DNA of 64,000 bases from Gammaproteobacteria bacterium (GTDB lineage Bacteria > Pseudomonadota > Gammaproteobacteria > Eutrophobiales > Eutrophobiaceae). Shown here one piece after another: positions 17,675 to 27,520 of the stretch (position 1 is its first letter; each line of letters starts with the position of its first letter). Location: assembly GCA_965221695.1 (NCBI GenBank), contig OZ244905.1:2976001-3040000 (forward strand). Reading direction: 5' to 3'. The notes under the pieces are model-generated. The model had not been told where the DNA came from. It did no database searches and saw nothing but the letters and a program-made list of their open reading frames with translations. The translations under genes were made by a program, and so were the position numbers.

Positions 17675-18292
17675 ATGAATTCCCGAGAACAGGCTGGATC
17701 TGACACAGCATTGCTGGTGTTCACGCGTGCGCCGGAACCGGGAAATGTGAAAACCCGCTTGCTATCCGCAATCGGCGCTGAGCGGGCTACTGCGATACAA
17801 ATCGAATTATTGTGTCGGACACTGGAAACGGCGCGCAACTCGAGCGTGGGCTCTATCGAACTGTGGTGTGCGCCGACTACGCAACATCCCGTCCTGCTCG
17901 AACTGAAGGACAGCTTTTCACTGACGTTACGCGCGCAGACCGGCGCCGATCTGGGTGAGCGTATGTGTTTCGCTATGGAGCAGGCTTTGCGGGTCTACTC
18001 GCGTGTGACGTTGGTCGGCAGTGACTGTATGGATTTGGTTGCGACGGATATTGATCTCGCTTTGGAAAAGTTGGCTGTCGGGAACGATGTCGTCCTGGGT
18101 CCGGCCTTGGATGGCGGGTATTATCTGCTTGGATTGACCCGGTTGTACCGGCAACTGTTTGCCGGAATTAAGTGGGGAACGGATACGGTACTCCAGGACA
18201 CCAGGGAACGTGTGGTCGGATCCGGGCTGAAATTACATGAACTGCCGGCGCGTCGCGATCTTGACCGACCCGAAGACCTGCGCTACCTGTAG
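17675..18292 (+). CDS. TIGR04282/DUF2064 family transferase
   Basis: APEPGNVKTRL, QTGADLGERM, GSDC, LGPALDGGYYLLG. Confidence 0.9.
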   Translation: MNSREQAGSDTALLVFTRAPEPGNVKTRLLSAIGAERATAIQIELLCRTLETARNSSVGSIELWCAPTTQHPVLLELKDSFSLTLRAQTGADLGERMCFAMEQALRVYSRVTLVGSDCMDLVATDIDLALEKLAVGNDVVLGPALDGGYYLLGLTRLYRQLFAGIKWGTDTVLQDTRERVVGSGLKLHELPARRDLDRPEDLRYL

Positions 18293-18337
18293 ACGTCACG
18301 TTGAAACATGAAAGCCTGCCGTTGTGGCCGGCACAAG

Positions 18338-18838
18338 TTATTGATTAGCGGCCGGTTTTTCTTTGTCTGGGCCGTATTCCCTGATGAATTTGCGTGATAG
18401 CTTTTCCGCTTCTTCCAGTTCTTCCGCTGACAGGTTTTCCCGGGCAGCCGGCAGCGCATTGATGGACTTCTCGTGCTGGTGTTCAGCTCCTGTGCGGTAC
18501 CACGCGTAAGCATATTCGTAGTCCCTCGGCACGCCTCTGCCGCTCATGTACAGTTCTGCCAGCCGATACTGGGCCTGTTTGATGCGTTTCTGCGCCGCTT
18601 TGCGGAACCATTTGGCGGCTTCATCATAGCTCTGATCTACACCTTGCCCGCGTAAATGCATCATGGCGACATAATATTGGGCGAGAGCGTGCTCGGAAGT
18701 TTCCGCAAGAGAGCGCATGGTGTTATAGGCCTGTTCATACTCGCCTTTATTATAGGCGAAGACCCCATCAATAAATTCTGCCAGCGCCGGGCCGACCAGG
18801 GCGCTCGCCAGCATGAGTGCGATAATCTGTTTCTTCAT
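18338..18838 (-). CDS. secreted Sel1-repeat protein
   Basis: Signal peptide from MKKQII; AQY..A.M...G.GV..S/D...A..W repeats. Confidence 0.88.
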   Translation of the reverse strand: MKKQIIALMLASALVGPALAEFIDGVFAYNKGEYEQAYNTMRSLAETSEHALAQYYVAMMHLRGQGVDQSYDEAAKWFRKAAQKRIKQAQYRLAELYMSGRGVPRDYEYAYAWYRTGAEHQHEKSINALPAARENLSAEELEEAEKLSRKFIREYGPDKEKPAANQ

Positions 18839-18854
18839 TAACGGTATTATACCC

Positions 18855-19763
18855 TTATTTTCCAAGTTCGGACAGCAATGCCGAGAGAGACCGAGCTGAT
18901 TGGCCGGGTGCCATAAGGTGCGCGCCGGCGACGCCATCAATGTTCTGCAGGCGCTCTATAAGTTCGATACAGATGCGCCGTCCCTCCTGTTTCGGATCGC
19001 GGCTGTCTTCCAGCCGCTGTATCAGCGAGTCGGGGAAGGCTACCCCCCAGAGATTCTCCCGCATCCACCTGGCGGAGCGAGCAGATACCACGGGTCCCAG
19101 GCCGATGAGAATACCGGCTCTATCCGTTACGCCCCATTTTCTCATGTGGCTGATATAGGCCTCGATCAAGTCTATGTCGTAACACAATTGGGTCTGTATG
19201 AAGCGCGCGCCGGCGTCAATTTTTTTCGAGATGGCCGGCGGGGTTCCATTGTTATCCGGATACCGCGGCACATCGGCCGAGCCGATGAGAAAACGAGGAG
19301 GGGGATCGATTTCCCGGCCGTTGGGTAGGATGCCCTGTTCGCTCATATCCCGTGCGAGGGCGATCAAGGCGGCGCTGTCCAGATCATGCACTGCCTTGGC
19401 TTCAGGCTGGTCGCCCTTGGCGGGGTCGTCTCCTGTCAGCAACAGCAGGTTGGAAACGCCGAATGCCGCGCAACCGACTAAATCAGCGCACAGCGCAATC
19501 CGGTTTCGATCGCGGCAGGTCAATTGCAGCACCGGCTCTATTTCTTTGGCGGCAAGCAAGGCCGCGGCGGCGACACTGGACATAGTGGTTCTGGCTGCGG
19601 CGCCGTCGGTGACATTGATGGCCTCCACCCGTCCGCTCAGCATACCGGCTTCTTCCAGCAAGCTGTCCGGCGCCGCAGCCAGTGGCGGCACCAGTTCCGC
19701 TGTGAAGCAAAATTTTCCCGCATTCAGGGACTGTTCCAAGTTGTTCAATGATCCGGCCTGCAT
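18855..19763 (-). CDS. metF: methylenetetrahydrofolate reductase
   Basis: TAELVPP, INVTD, LTCRDRNR, LTGDDP, FIQTQ. Confidence 0.9.
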   Translation of the reverse strand: MQAGSLNNLEQSLNAGKFCFTAELVPPLAAAPDSLLEEAGMLSGRVEAINVTDGAAARTTMSSVAAAALLAAKEIEPVLQLTCRDRNRIALCADLVGCAAFGVSNLLLLTGDDPAKGDQPEAKAVHDLDSAALIALARDMSEQGILPNGREIDPPPRFLIGSADVPRYPDNNGTPPAISKKIDAGARFIQTQLCYDIDLIEAYISHMRKWGVTDRAGILIGLGPVVSARSARWMRENLWGVAFPDSLIQRLEDSRDPKQEGRRICIELIERLQNIDGVAGAHLMAPGQSARSLSALLSELGK

Positions 19764-19937
19764 ATTATGTAGTGGGGGAAATGATAGAGAAAATACCTGT
19801 CCTGAGTTCCTGTTTACATTTTTATTATATACGGTAAATTCGCGCCAGCGCGCGCTATATATCTGACGCGATTTTTTTTATTATAGCGGAATGGTACCGT
19901 GGTAGATTATACGGTAAAAGAATTTAATCAAACAAAT

Positions 19938-20255
19938 ATGGCAGATCAGGATATTCTAGATACCGCCCAGCGCTGGCTGGCTGAGGGGCGTGACCTTGCC
20001 TTGGCGACAGTAGTGGAGACTTGGGGCTCGGCGCCGGTTCCCAGCGGCAGCCAGTTATTGGTGGACGGGCAGACCAATTTTGTCGGTTCCGTCTCCGGGG
20101 GCTGCGTGGAGACGGCTGTTATCGGTGAGGCGGAACAGGTCATCAGTTCCGGGCAGCCGCGTATGCTGGAGTACGGCGTGACCAACGAGATGGCCTGGGA
20201 AGTTGGCTTGGCTTGCGGCGGGCGCATCAAGGTCTACCTGGAACCCATACGCTGA
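19938..20255 (+). CDS. xdhC: XdhC/CoxI family protein, N-terminal domain gene
   Basis: ATVVETWGSAP, GSVSGGCVE, VGLACGG. Confidence 0.88.
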   Translation: MADQDILDTAQRWLAEGRDLALATVVETWGSAPVPSGSQLLVDGQTNFVGSVSGGCVETAVIGEAEQVISSGQPRMLEYGVTNEMAWEVGLACGGRIKVYLEPIR

Positions 20256-20265
20256 GATTATCGGA

Positions 20266-20967
20266 GTGCGCAAAGAGTCGCTGGAACAGATAAACGCCTG
20301 CCGGTCGGCGCACAGGACTTGCGTGTTGTTCAGAAATCTGGTTACCCATGACAGCTTTGTGTTGGAACCCGGCCCGCATGTGGATGAACAGGACGCGGAG
20401 CTGTATGAACTTGCCATGCAGGCCCTGAGAACAGATCAGTGTATGCGGCGCAATGTCCAGGGGCAGGACTGGTTCATCCAACCCTTCAACGCGCCGCTGC
20501 GTCTGATCATTATCGGCGCGGTGCACACGGGCCAATACCTTGCAAACTACGCGCTATACTGTGGTTATGATGTAGTCGTGGTGGACCCCAGGCAGGCATT
20601 CGCCAACGAGTCCCGTTTCCCCGGCGTGACATTGAACACGGAATGGCCCGATTACGCCCTGGAACTCTTGTCCCCTGACCGGCGCACCGCCTTGGTGACC
20701 CTTACCCACGATCCTAAACTGGACGATCCGGCCCTGCAGACGGCTTTGCGTTCCCCGGCGTTCTATATTGGCGCCTTGGGTAGCAGGCGCACCCATGCCG
20801 CGCGGGTAGAGCGCTTGCGCCAGGCCGGACTTTCAGAGGCGGAAATCGCCCGCCTGAAAGCCCCGGTGGGACTGGATATCGGCTCGCGCTCCCCGGCAGA
20901 GATTGCAGTTTCCATCATGGCTGAGATCACCGCCACACTGCGCAAAGATGAATTTGCAGAAAAATGA
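20266..20967 (+). CDS. xdhC: XdhC family protein, Rossmann domain gene
   Basis: IIGAVH, LTHDPKLDD, YIGALGSRRT, PVGLDIG...PAEIA; GTG start inferred. Confidence 0.85.
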   Translation: MRKESLEQINACRSAHRTCVLFRNLVTHDSFVLEPGPHVDEQDAELYELAMQALRTDQCMRRNVQGQDWFIQPFNAPLRLIIIGAVHTGQYLANYALYCGYDVVVVDPRQAFANESRFPGVTLNTEWPDYALELLSPDRRTALVTLTHDPKLDDPALQTALRSPAFYIGALGSRRTHAARVERLRQAGLSEAEIARLKAPVGLDIGSRSPAEIAVSIMAEITATLRKDEFAEK

Positions 20968-21022
20968 TCAGCAGATTCCAGGAATCCCGCCATTAACACT
21001 GAGGAATCTCTGATTAAGTTAA

Positions 21023-21173
21023 GGAAACTCTGAACAAGTCCATCCTGGACTTGTCAGAGTACGGAAAACAAAAATGCGATTTTTGTTTTCCTCACAATAT
21101 CAATGACTTACAGTCATTGATATTGACGATACATCCTTGTATCGTAGGAACCTCTGACTTAATCAGAGGTTCC
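21023..21173. mobile_element. 151-bp MITE, family 2 long form (IS5-type ends, TTAA duplication)
   Basis: TIRs GGAA(A/C)CTCTGA..AAGTC; TTAA at 21019-21022 and 21174-21177; five consecutive hairpins; extra half copy at ~21000-21018. Confidence 0.85.
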
Positions 21174-21184
21174 TTAAAGCTTAC

Positions 21185-22186
21185 TTAAGGCGTTAACGTC
21201 TCCATGACTCCGCTGGCCGCGCCGCCGCCTACCAATTTGCCGCCGCCGATGACGTAAATGGTGTCGTCAACAGCAGTGGCAGCCAGGCCGTGACGCGCTG
21301 TAGGGAGGTCCGGCAGTCTTGACCAGCTATTGCTGCTGATATCGTATACCCAACTGTCGGCAAACACTTTTTGTTCTGATGTCCATTGTTCTCCACCGAA
21401 AACATAGATCTTATCGTCCAATGCCGCTGCTGCGAGACCGCCTGATGCTATCGGCATGGGGGCAAGGGTTGTCCAACTATCCGTCACTGAGTCGTAGGCT
21501 TCCAGAGTGTCCAGGTTTGTTTGAATTTGTGTTCCATCTGCGCGCACTATGTTGACACGGCCGCCGACCACGTAAATCAGGTTGTTGTAGACAGCAGCAG
21601 CGGCGCTATTGCGTGCGGTTGGCGCCGGTTTGCCATTACTCCATGAGCGTTTATCCGGGTCATAGATCAAGTGAACGTCGGTATCAACGTAATCATCAAA
21701 CAGTTTTGCATCTTGTTTGCCCGGCTTTCGTCCACCAATGATATGTATGCGATTATTCACCACGGCGTAGACATGTTCTGCAAGTGGGCCCGGCAGGGAC
21801 ACACCTTGTTTCCAATTGTTGTTTTCCAAGTCATATTCGTATACATCGTCGTGCATGAGCCAGTTGGGGTAACCGCCGGAGAAACCTCCGACGGCATATA
21901 AGGTTCCGCTCACAACTGCCGGGGTGATATGATGACGGGCTTGTGGCAATGGCGCCAGGACATGCCATGTCTTCGTTTGCGTATCATACTTCTCAAACGT
22001 CGCGGTATAAGCTATGCCATCTGCAAGGACGCCGCCTGGGACAAGAATATTGTTGCCATGCGTTGCCACATAAATCTCCTGACGCGGGGTCGGCATGGAT
22101 GGCGCTGTTTGCCAGTCTGCGCCGAACACGAATTGACTTTGTAGCAATAAAACAAGTAGGGGAATGGATTGCAGGGGTTTATTCAT
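21185..22186 (-). CDS. secreted Kelch-repeat beta-propeller protein
   Basis: Signal peptide; six repeats of IYV.GG...YD...W. Confidence 0.92.
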   Translation of the reverse strand: MNKPLQSIPLLVLLLQSQFVFGADWQTAPSMPTPRQEIYVATHGNNILVPGGVLADGIAYTATFEKYDTQTKTWHVLAPLPQARHHITPAVVSGTLYAVGGFSGGYPNWLMHDDVYEYDLENNNWKQGVSLPGPLAEHVYAVVNNRIHIIGGRKPGKQDAKLFDDYVDTDVHLIYDPDKRSWSNGKPAPTARNSAAAAVYNNLIYVVGGRVNIVRADGTQIQTNLDTLEAYDSVTDSWTTLAPMPIASGGLAAAALDDKIYVFGGEQWTSEQKVFADSWVYDISSNSWSRLPDLPTARHGLAATAVDDTIYVIGGGKLVGGGAASGVMETLTP

Positions 22187-22686
22187 TTTTGCCTACTCCG
22201 TTCGGTTGTTCGTTGTTTCTTGAAGAGCGCAGCAACGATAAATGCTGTGCTGGTGATGATCAGTAACGCGCCAGCGGCGGCGCTGCACTGAAATAATATG
22301 CCCGGGCTTAGAGTTTGCAGGTAAACGGAAGTCGGAAACAGGACGATACCTGCCACCATAGCCGATAAAACAAGGAGTTGGCTTTTTCGCTGCCAGTCAC
22401 AAGACAATAACAGGAAACCTGCCAGTAATAGCAATATAGACAGTTTGATGTAATGTGTGTGCGCATCGATGATACGCACATAACGAAAATTTTGCTGTTG
22501 CGCTTCCCGCATATGGCTTTGCGCTGCCTGTATATCGTGATCCATTGCAGCCGCAAATGCGGCCTGATACTGTTCCCGCAGCAATAGCAGGGTCTCCTGT
22601 TCTACTTTGAAAGCAAAAATGCCGCCGCTGATTGAGCTCAACAGGATAAAGCATAGCGCTATCAGGGTCAGGTTTTTTACGCTCAT
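22183..22686 (-). CDS. hypothetical 4-TM membrane protein with DAHTH motif
   Basis: Hydrophobic helices; 4-bp overlaps with both neighbours. Confidence 0.75.
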   Translation of the reverse strand: MSVKNLTLIALCFILLSSISGGIFAFKVEQETLLLLREQYQAAFAAAMDHDIQAAQSHMREAQQQNFRYVRIIDAHTHYIKLSILLLLAGFLLLSCDWQRKSQLLVLSAMVAGIVLFPTSVYLQTLSPGILFQCSAAAGALLIITSTAFIVAALFKKQRTTERSRQK

Positions 22687-23726
22687 TTTGTCTGGTCTAC
22701 AAGCGCGGTCTGTCTAACGGTACCGAATAACATCGCAAACAATGCAACAATGACGATAAACCCGGCTAGATCCGCCAGGGCTGCCGATTTGAGACCATAG
22801 ATAGTGGCATTGAAGATGAAGAAAGGCAGCAGGTAGGCGCCGGCAAGGAACACACAGGCCCAGCGCATACGAGTCTTTTCGCTGTAAAAGATGAAACTTT
22901 GGATGAATGCAAGCAACAACGCGATGGTTCCCATCTCAATCGCATGTGAATGTACGGCCGTGGTAATTGCGATCAGGGAATTGTTCCGCCGGTAATCATT
23001 AACCAGTTGCTCGACACCCACGGGTTCACTGGTGAGCGCCAGCATATGATCCAGTAACTCGAACTGGCGTGGTTCGTGTTGTGTAGTAAAAACCCAAGCA
23101 TAATATAATCCGAATAGCATACCCAGCAGTACCAGTAGCGCCCCCCAGCTCGACAAGAGCCTGCTGCTGTACGGTTTGAGTAGCGCGCTGAGTTGCTCTT
23201 TAAGGTCAGGCAGTGGGTTTTCCATAGAAAAGACCGACAGCATTGTAGCCAGCAGACCAATGCAGATGCACAAGGCGCCTAGGTGAGATACGTAATTAGC
23301 CCATGTTCCGGTCCATGAGCTGATGAAGATGAATAAAGGTTGGATGATCCCGCCTGCCACTATCAATGATGCAATATATACACGTGTCCTGGCACGATAG
23401 GTCAATAAGGGTTGCAATAAAGCCAATATCAGCGCAAGCACGCCAAACGCGCCGGCATGGGAATGGGCGTTCATAATGCGGCCGCGCCGATCAAGCAGGA
23501 ACTCAATCCGTTCAAACGCGCTATTCAGCAGGCTTTCTTTACCTGCTGTCGTTGCGTTGATGACATCAAGCCAGCGTTCCCTTATTTCAGCATTGGCGAC
23601 ATGGGAGATAAAGATTGCGAACACTTCCCCCAACAGCATGTTGACCAGCAACAGGGCTATTCCAGCAAATACAAGTATGCGCGCGGCGCTGTCGCGCAAC
23701 AGCTCTGGGTGATCTTTATCCGGCAT
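22683..23726 (-). CDS. hypothetical membrane protein, two tandem 4-TM HSH modules
   Basis: NAHSH and AVHSH in two similar halves. Confidence 0.78.
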   Translation of the reverse strand: MPDKDHPELLRDSAARILVFAGIALLLVNMLLGEVFAIFISHVANAEIRERWLDVINATTAGKESLLNSAFERIEFLLDRRGRIMNAHSHAGAFGVLALILALLQPLLTYRARTRVYIASLIVAGGIIQPLFIFISSWTGTWANYVSHLGALCICIGLLATMLSVFSMENPLPDLKEQLSALLKPYSSRLLSSWGALLVLLGMLFGLYYAWVFTTQHEPRQFELLDHMLALTSEPVGVEQLVNDYRRNNSLIAITTAVHSHAIEMGTIALLLAFIQSFIFYSEKTRMRWACVFLAGAYLLPFFIFNATIYGLKSAALADLAGFIVIVALFAMLFGTVRQTALVDQTK

Positions 23727-23814
23727 AATATAACCGTATGGTGTGCCTGTTCGTGGACATTCCGCTATTGTAGAGGCGCCTCTTATTCCAACGCAAGCCT
23801 GAGCGCGCGCATGA

Positions 23815-25113
23815 TTATGCCGCAGTCTTGATCAAGCGGTGGGAATAGCGCAACAGCAGCAGGGCCGTGGTCAGACTGCCGGCAATGGCGGCGATGCCGG
23901 CGCTTATCAAGCCGATTTTCGGCAACAGCAGGACCAGGGTCGAGATGTGAAGAAGGGTGGTGAAGACCCTGACATACATGGATATATCAGGGCGGCCTAT
24001 GGAAAACAGGGCAGGCTCCAGGGGGAAGGAGGTCATCGTGATGGCGGCGCCCAGCATCAGCAATACCAGCAGATCATAGGCGTTGGCGTATTCCACGCCG
24101 AAGAACAGGCCCAGCAGGGATTCTCCGAACAGGAAAACCAGCGCCAGGATCAAGCCGGCAATCGCGCCGCCAGCCAGCGCTGAGCGTGTAATGACCTCCC
24201 AGAGACGGCTGAATTGTTTTATCACCGCGATTTTTGTCATTTCCGGGTATACCGTCTCAGTGAATAACTGGGCGGGTTTGATCAGGACGGCTGCGGATTC
24301 CTGGGCGATCTTAAACAGCCCGGCGCCGGCCGGGCCTGACAAGGCGCCGACGATGAGGGTGGCGATGTGCACGCTGGAGGTATGTAGGGTTCGGTTGATA
24401 TGCGATGCCCAGATAAATGCGAGGATTCCTTCATGCGGATCGATCAGACGTTTCAGGCTGAGGTTCATATCATTGCTGTAACCCCTGCGGCTGAATTCGC
24501 GCCAGGCAAACCAGATGGTTGCGAAACACTGGATGGCGCCGGCGCTGAACCAGAACAACAGGAATGCGCCGATGTGCCGATAATACAGGAAGGCGATACA
24601 TGCCCCGACCAGGCGTATCGTCGGCACCAGCATCAGCATCAGAGCTATCAGGTCGAAGCGGTCGAACAGGCGCAGCAGACCCAGGGAAGTGGTCTTGAAG
24701 TTGAACAGGATCATCAGACAGTAGAGGGTGGCCACCGGCGCCAGCTCCGGTGTTACGCCAAACCATGGCCCGACCAGAGGGATGGCCAGCATGCCTGTCA
24801 GTGCGCCCAGCACACAGAAGCCCAGGTCCAACAGCATGGTAAATTTGATCAGTTTCTGGAAATCCTGCCGCGCGTTGCTCTCCAGGCACAGGGCGCCATA
24901 CCTGACCACGCACTGCGCAGTCTTTAACGAGATAAAGTCCCGAACCGCGACGGCATAGGCGTGGATAAGGATAAGAACGCCGAAATCATGGACGCCCAGG
25001 GCGCGGGTGGCCAGAGCCAGATAGATCAGGCCAGCTATGGCCGTATAGATCTTGCCCGCGGTGAGCATGGCGGAGTTTTTGAATACCCGGCGGTACAGGC
25101 CGTCGTCCGTCAT
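23815..25113 (-). CDS. MOP/Wzx-like flippase (lipopolysaccharide biosynthesis protein family)
   Basis: ~12 TM; RALGVHDFG, GPAGAGLFKIA; overlaps spt stop. Confidence 0.85.
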   Translation of the reverse strand: MTDDGLYRRVFKNSAMLTAGKIYTAIAGLIYLALATRALGVHDFGVLILIHAYAVAVRDFISLKTAQCVVRYGALCLESNARQDFQKLIKFTMLLDLGFCVLGALTGMLAIPLVGPWFGVTPELAPVATLYCLMILFNFKTTSLGLLRLFDRFDLIALMLMLVPTIRLVGACIAFLYYRHIGAFLLFWFSAGAIQCFATIWFAWREFSRRGYSNDMNLSLKRLIDPHEGILAFIWASHINRTLHTSSVHIATLIVGALSGPAGAGLFKIAQESAAVLIKPAQLFTETVYPEMTKIAVIKQFSRLWEVITRSALAGGAIAGLILALVFLFGESLLGLFFGVEYANAYDLLVLLMLGAAITMTSFPLEPALFSIGRPDISMYVRVFTTLLHISTLVLLLPKIGLISAGIAAIAGSLTTALLLLRYSHRLIKTAA

Positions 25114-26294
25114 CAGACCGAAGTCGATAATTCGCTGAACGCCTGGCAGATTTTATCTATTTGTTGATCTGTATGGGCGGCGCTGACGCTGATGCGCACC
25201 AGTGATTTGCCGTCGGGCGTAGCCGGCGGGAAGATCAGGTTCACATAGACTCCATGGTCGTGCAGGCCGCGCCACAGCGAAAGGGCCTGTTCCCGGGTGT
25301 TCAGCAAGGCAGCGATCACCGGACAAGGCTCGGGCCCCAGTTCATAACCGGCGTTTGCCAGGCTCTGGTATAGTCGCTGCGCATGACGCCAGAGCCGGGC
25401 GCGTAAGTCGGCGCCGTTTTCCACTCGTTGCAACGCTTTGCGGGTGGATGCAATCACTGAAGGACAGGGCGAGGCGGTGAAAATATATGGCCTGCTTGCA
25501 TAACGAATGAGATCAAGCTGCGGGTGGTTGCTGACGCAGTACCCGCCGGCGCTGGCCAGGCTCTTGCTGAAGGTGCCGACGATAAAATCCGTATCGTTGA
25601 TAACGCCTGCCTCTTCCACCAGGCCCCTGCCCCTGTCCCCGAGAACGCCCAATGAATGGGCTTCGTCCACCAGCAGCAGCGCGCCGAATTCATTTTTTAC
25701 CTCGATAATTTCCTTGATACGGGCTTTGTCTCCCAGCATGCTGTAGATGCCTTCGATGATGATTAGCGCGTTTGCCGCGCGCGCGCCCAGGCGCCGCAAG
25801 CGTTTCTGCAGGTCGTCGGGATTATTGTGACGAAAGCGCACGATGTCGGCGCCGCTCAGGCGGCATCCGTCGTAGATACTGGCATGGCTGTCGGCATCTA
25901 TTACCACGGTGTCTTCGTTATTTGCCAGGCCGGATATCACCGCCAGGTTGGCCTGGTAGCCGGTAGTGAATACGATGGCCTTCTCGCATTCGTAGAACGC
26001 AGCGAATTCCCGTTCCAGGGCCCTGTGCCCGGAAAAGCTGCCGTTAGCCATTCTGGAACCGGTGGTCCCCGTGCCCTGCTCGTCCAGCGCTTCATGGGCG
26101 GCAATCAGGCATTCCTCATCGAAGGTAAGCCCCAGGTAATTATTTGTGCCGGCCAGGATCATCCTTCTGCCGTTTATGCGCGCCTCCGTCGGCGAGTAGA
26201 CTTCTTCAATGGGCGCCCCAAACGGGTCAATGCCCTGACCCAATAGGTTCTGGCGGTCCTGCGCCAGGGGCTGAAATTTGTCAAACAGGCTCAT
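25113..26294 (-). CDS. spt: serine palmitoyltransferase
   Basis: AOS family GTNNYLG, GTTGSR, SHASIYDG, DEAHS, GTFSKS; context with ACP, CerR and CerS. Confidence 0.9.
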   Translation of the reverse strand: MSLFDKFQPLAQDRQNLLGQGIDPFGAPIEEVYSPTEARINGRRMILAGTNNYLGLTFDEECLIAAHEALDEQGTGTTGSRMANGSFSGHRALEREFAAFYECEKAIVFTTGYQANLAVISGLANNEDTVVIDADSHASIYDGCRLSGADIVRFRHNNPDDLQKRLRRLGARAANALIIIEGIYSMLGDKARIKEIIEVKNEFGALLLVDEAHSLGVLGDRGRGLVEEAGVINDTDFIVGTFSKSLASAGGYCVSNHPQLDLIRYASRPYIFTASPCPSVIASTRKALQRVENGADLRARLWRHAQRLYQSLANAGYELGPEPCPVIAALLNTREQALSLWRGLHDHGVYVNLIFPPATPDGKSLVRISVSAAHTDQQIDKICQAFSELSTSV

Positions 26295-26298
26295 TGCG

Positions 26299-26553
26299 TC
26301 AGGCTTTTGTGTTGATTGCAGAGTGAATCTGCTGTGCCAGGTCTTTCACGGTATGCACATCTGCCAGCAGGTTGACCGGGAGAGAGATGTCAAATTCATC
26401 CTCCATATCCATCAACAGATCCAACGCCTTGAATGAATCCAGGCCCAACTCCGTGATCAACTCCGAATCCTCCGTCAGACTGACGTCCGAGGTAGTCAGC
26501 CGGGACAGTTCGCTGAGCGCTTTTTCCAGAATTTCCTCATAGGTTACTGTCAT
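26299..26553 (-). CDS. dedicated acyl carrier protein
   Basis: ELGLDSF phosphopantetheine site, acidic 84 aa. Confidence 0.93.
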   Translation of the reverse strand: MTVTYEEILEKALSELSRLTTSDVSLTEDSELITELGLDSFKALDLLMDMEDEFDISLPVNLLADVHTVKDLAQQIHSAINTKA

Positions 26554-26570
26554 ACATTATTCTCCGGTCA

Positions 26571-26599
26571 GGAAATCTCTGAGCTAGTCAGAGTTTCCC
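26571..26599. mobile_element. collapsed MITE, family 2 (degenerate)
   Basis: GGAAATCTCTGAGCTAGTCAGAGTTTCCC between cerR and ACP. Confidence 0.7.
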
Positions 26600-26604
26600 T
26601 AAGA

Positions 26605-27513
26605 TTATAACGCTGAATCAATGCCGTCGCTAAGGCTGATTTCCGGTTCCCAGCCCAGGCAAGCTGTTAACGGCGCATTATCGCATACCCAGTTTTCGTG
26701 GGTGAGCTCATTGATCTTGCCGGGTGTCAGCATGGCCGGATAGCGGAATGTTCGGGCCAGATGAAGATTAACCCGGGCCGCGCATTTCAATACAGTTGTA
26801 GAAACCTGGACCTGGATAATCCGGCGCTTCCAGGCAGCCTGCCCGATTGCGGCAATATCCGCCCAGCGGTAGCCTTCCCTGGTTCCGTCATCCAGTTCGA
26901 ACAGCCCTTGTGCTGTGTGCGCCGATAACCACATCAGAATGGCGTTTACCAGATCATCAACATGTAGCAGACTGATCCTGGCGTCCACTCTCCCTGCTCT
27001 GAACAGCAGGCCGCGTCGCATGAGGCGGAACAGGGGACGCATTTCCTTATCGCCCGGTCCGTAAATCGCAGTGGGACGGTAAATGGTCCTGAACAGGTCG
27101 GAATTAGCGTCCGACATCAGCAGTGTTTCTGCTCTCGATTTACTGAGCGCATACCAGGAATAGTCCGGGTATCTGGCGGCCACGGATGAGATCAGCAGGA
27201 ATCTGGGGGCAGGCGCAATGCGCCGCGCGGCGGCCAGCAAGTTTTCCGTACCTCCCAGGTTGACGTCCAGAAAGTCTTCCAGGCTATTCCCCCGGGTGAT
27301 GCCGGCGCAATGTATGACACTGGCGCAGCCCTTGACCAGTTCATCCAGCGCAGGCCTGTTATTCAGGTCGCCCTCGATCCAGGAGGCGTTACCCGCACGC
27401 GCGCGCCCGGGTCTTGTCAGGGCGCGAACCGAATGGTTTGATTTTTCAAGCGCGGCAAGAAGATTACTTCCCAGAAAGCCTGTGGCCCCCGTCAGCGCCA
27501 CACGCTCTGCCAT
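26605..27513 (-). CDS. cerR: NAD-dependent epimerase/SDR, probable ceramide reductase
   Basis: TGATGFLG, YALSK, RPTAIYGPGD; position between acyl-AMP ligase and ACP/spt as in the Caulobacter cluster. Confidence 0.75.
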   Translation of the reverse strand: MAERVALTGATGFLGSNLLAALEKSNHSVRALTRPGRARAGNASWIEGDLNNRPALDELVKGCASVIHCAGITRGNSLEDFLDVNLGGTENLLAAARRIAPAPRFLLISSVAARYPDYSWYALSKSRAETLLMSDANSDLFRTIYRPTAIYGPGDKEMRPLFRLMRRGLLFRAGRVDARISLLHVDDLVNAILMWLSAHTAQGLFELDDGTREGYRWADIAAIGQAAWKRRIIQVQVSTTVLKCAARVNLHLARTFRYPAMLTPGKINELTHENWVCDNAPLTACLGWEPEISLSDGIDSAL

Positions 27514-27520
27514 GGCAGAG

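Noticed and set aside
16974-18292. TIGR04282-like protein as the missing CofC, or an arsenosugar pathway
   Set aside because: The pair is widespread and distinct from CofC; no radical SAM partner in the window
19764-19937. Possible SAM/SAH riboswitch upstream of metF; repeated TATACGGTAAA
   Set aside because: No recognisable aptamer; the repeat is too weak in AT-rich DNA
19938-20967. Split xdhC as a frameshifted pseudogene
   Set aside because: Two-gene XdhC arrangement is common and both parts have intact motifs and plausible starts
25113-26294. Could be BioF, HemA or Kbl
   Set aside because: Context with dedicated ACP, acyl-AMP ligase, CerR and CerS favours Spt
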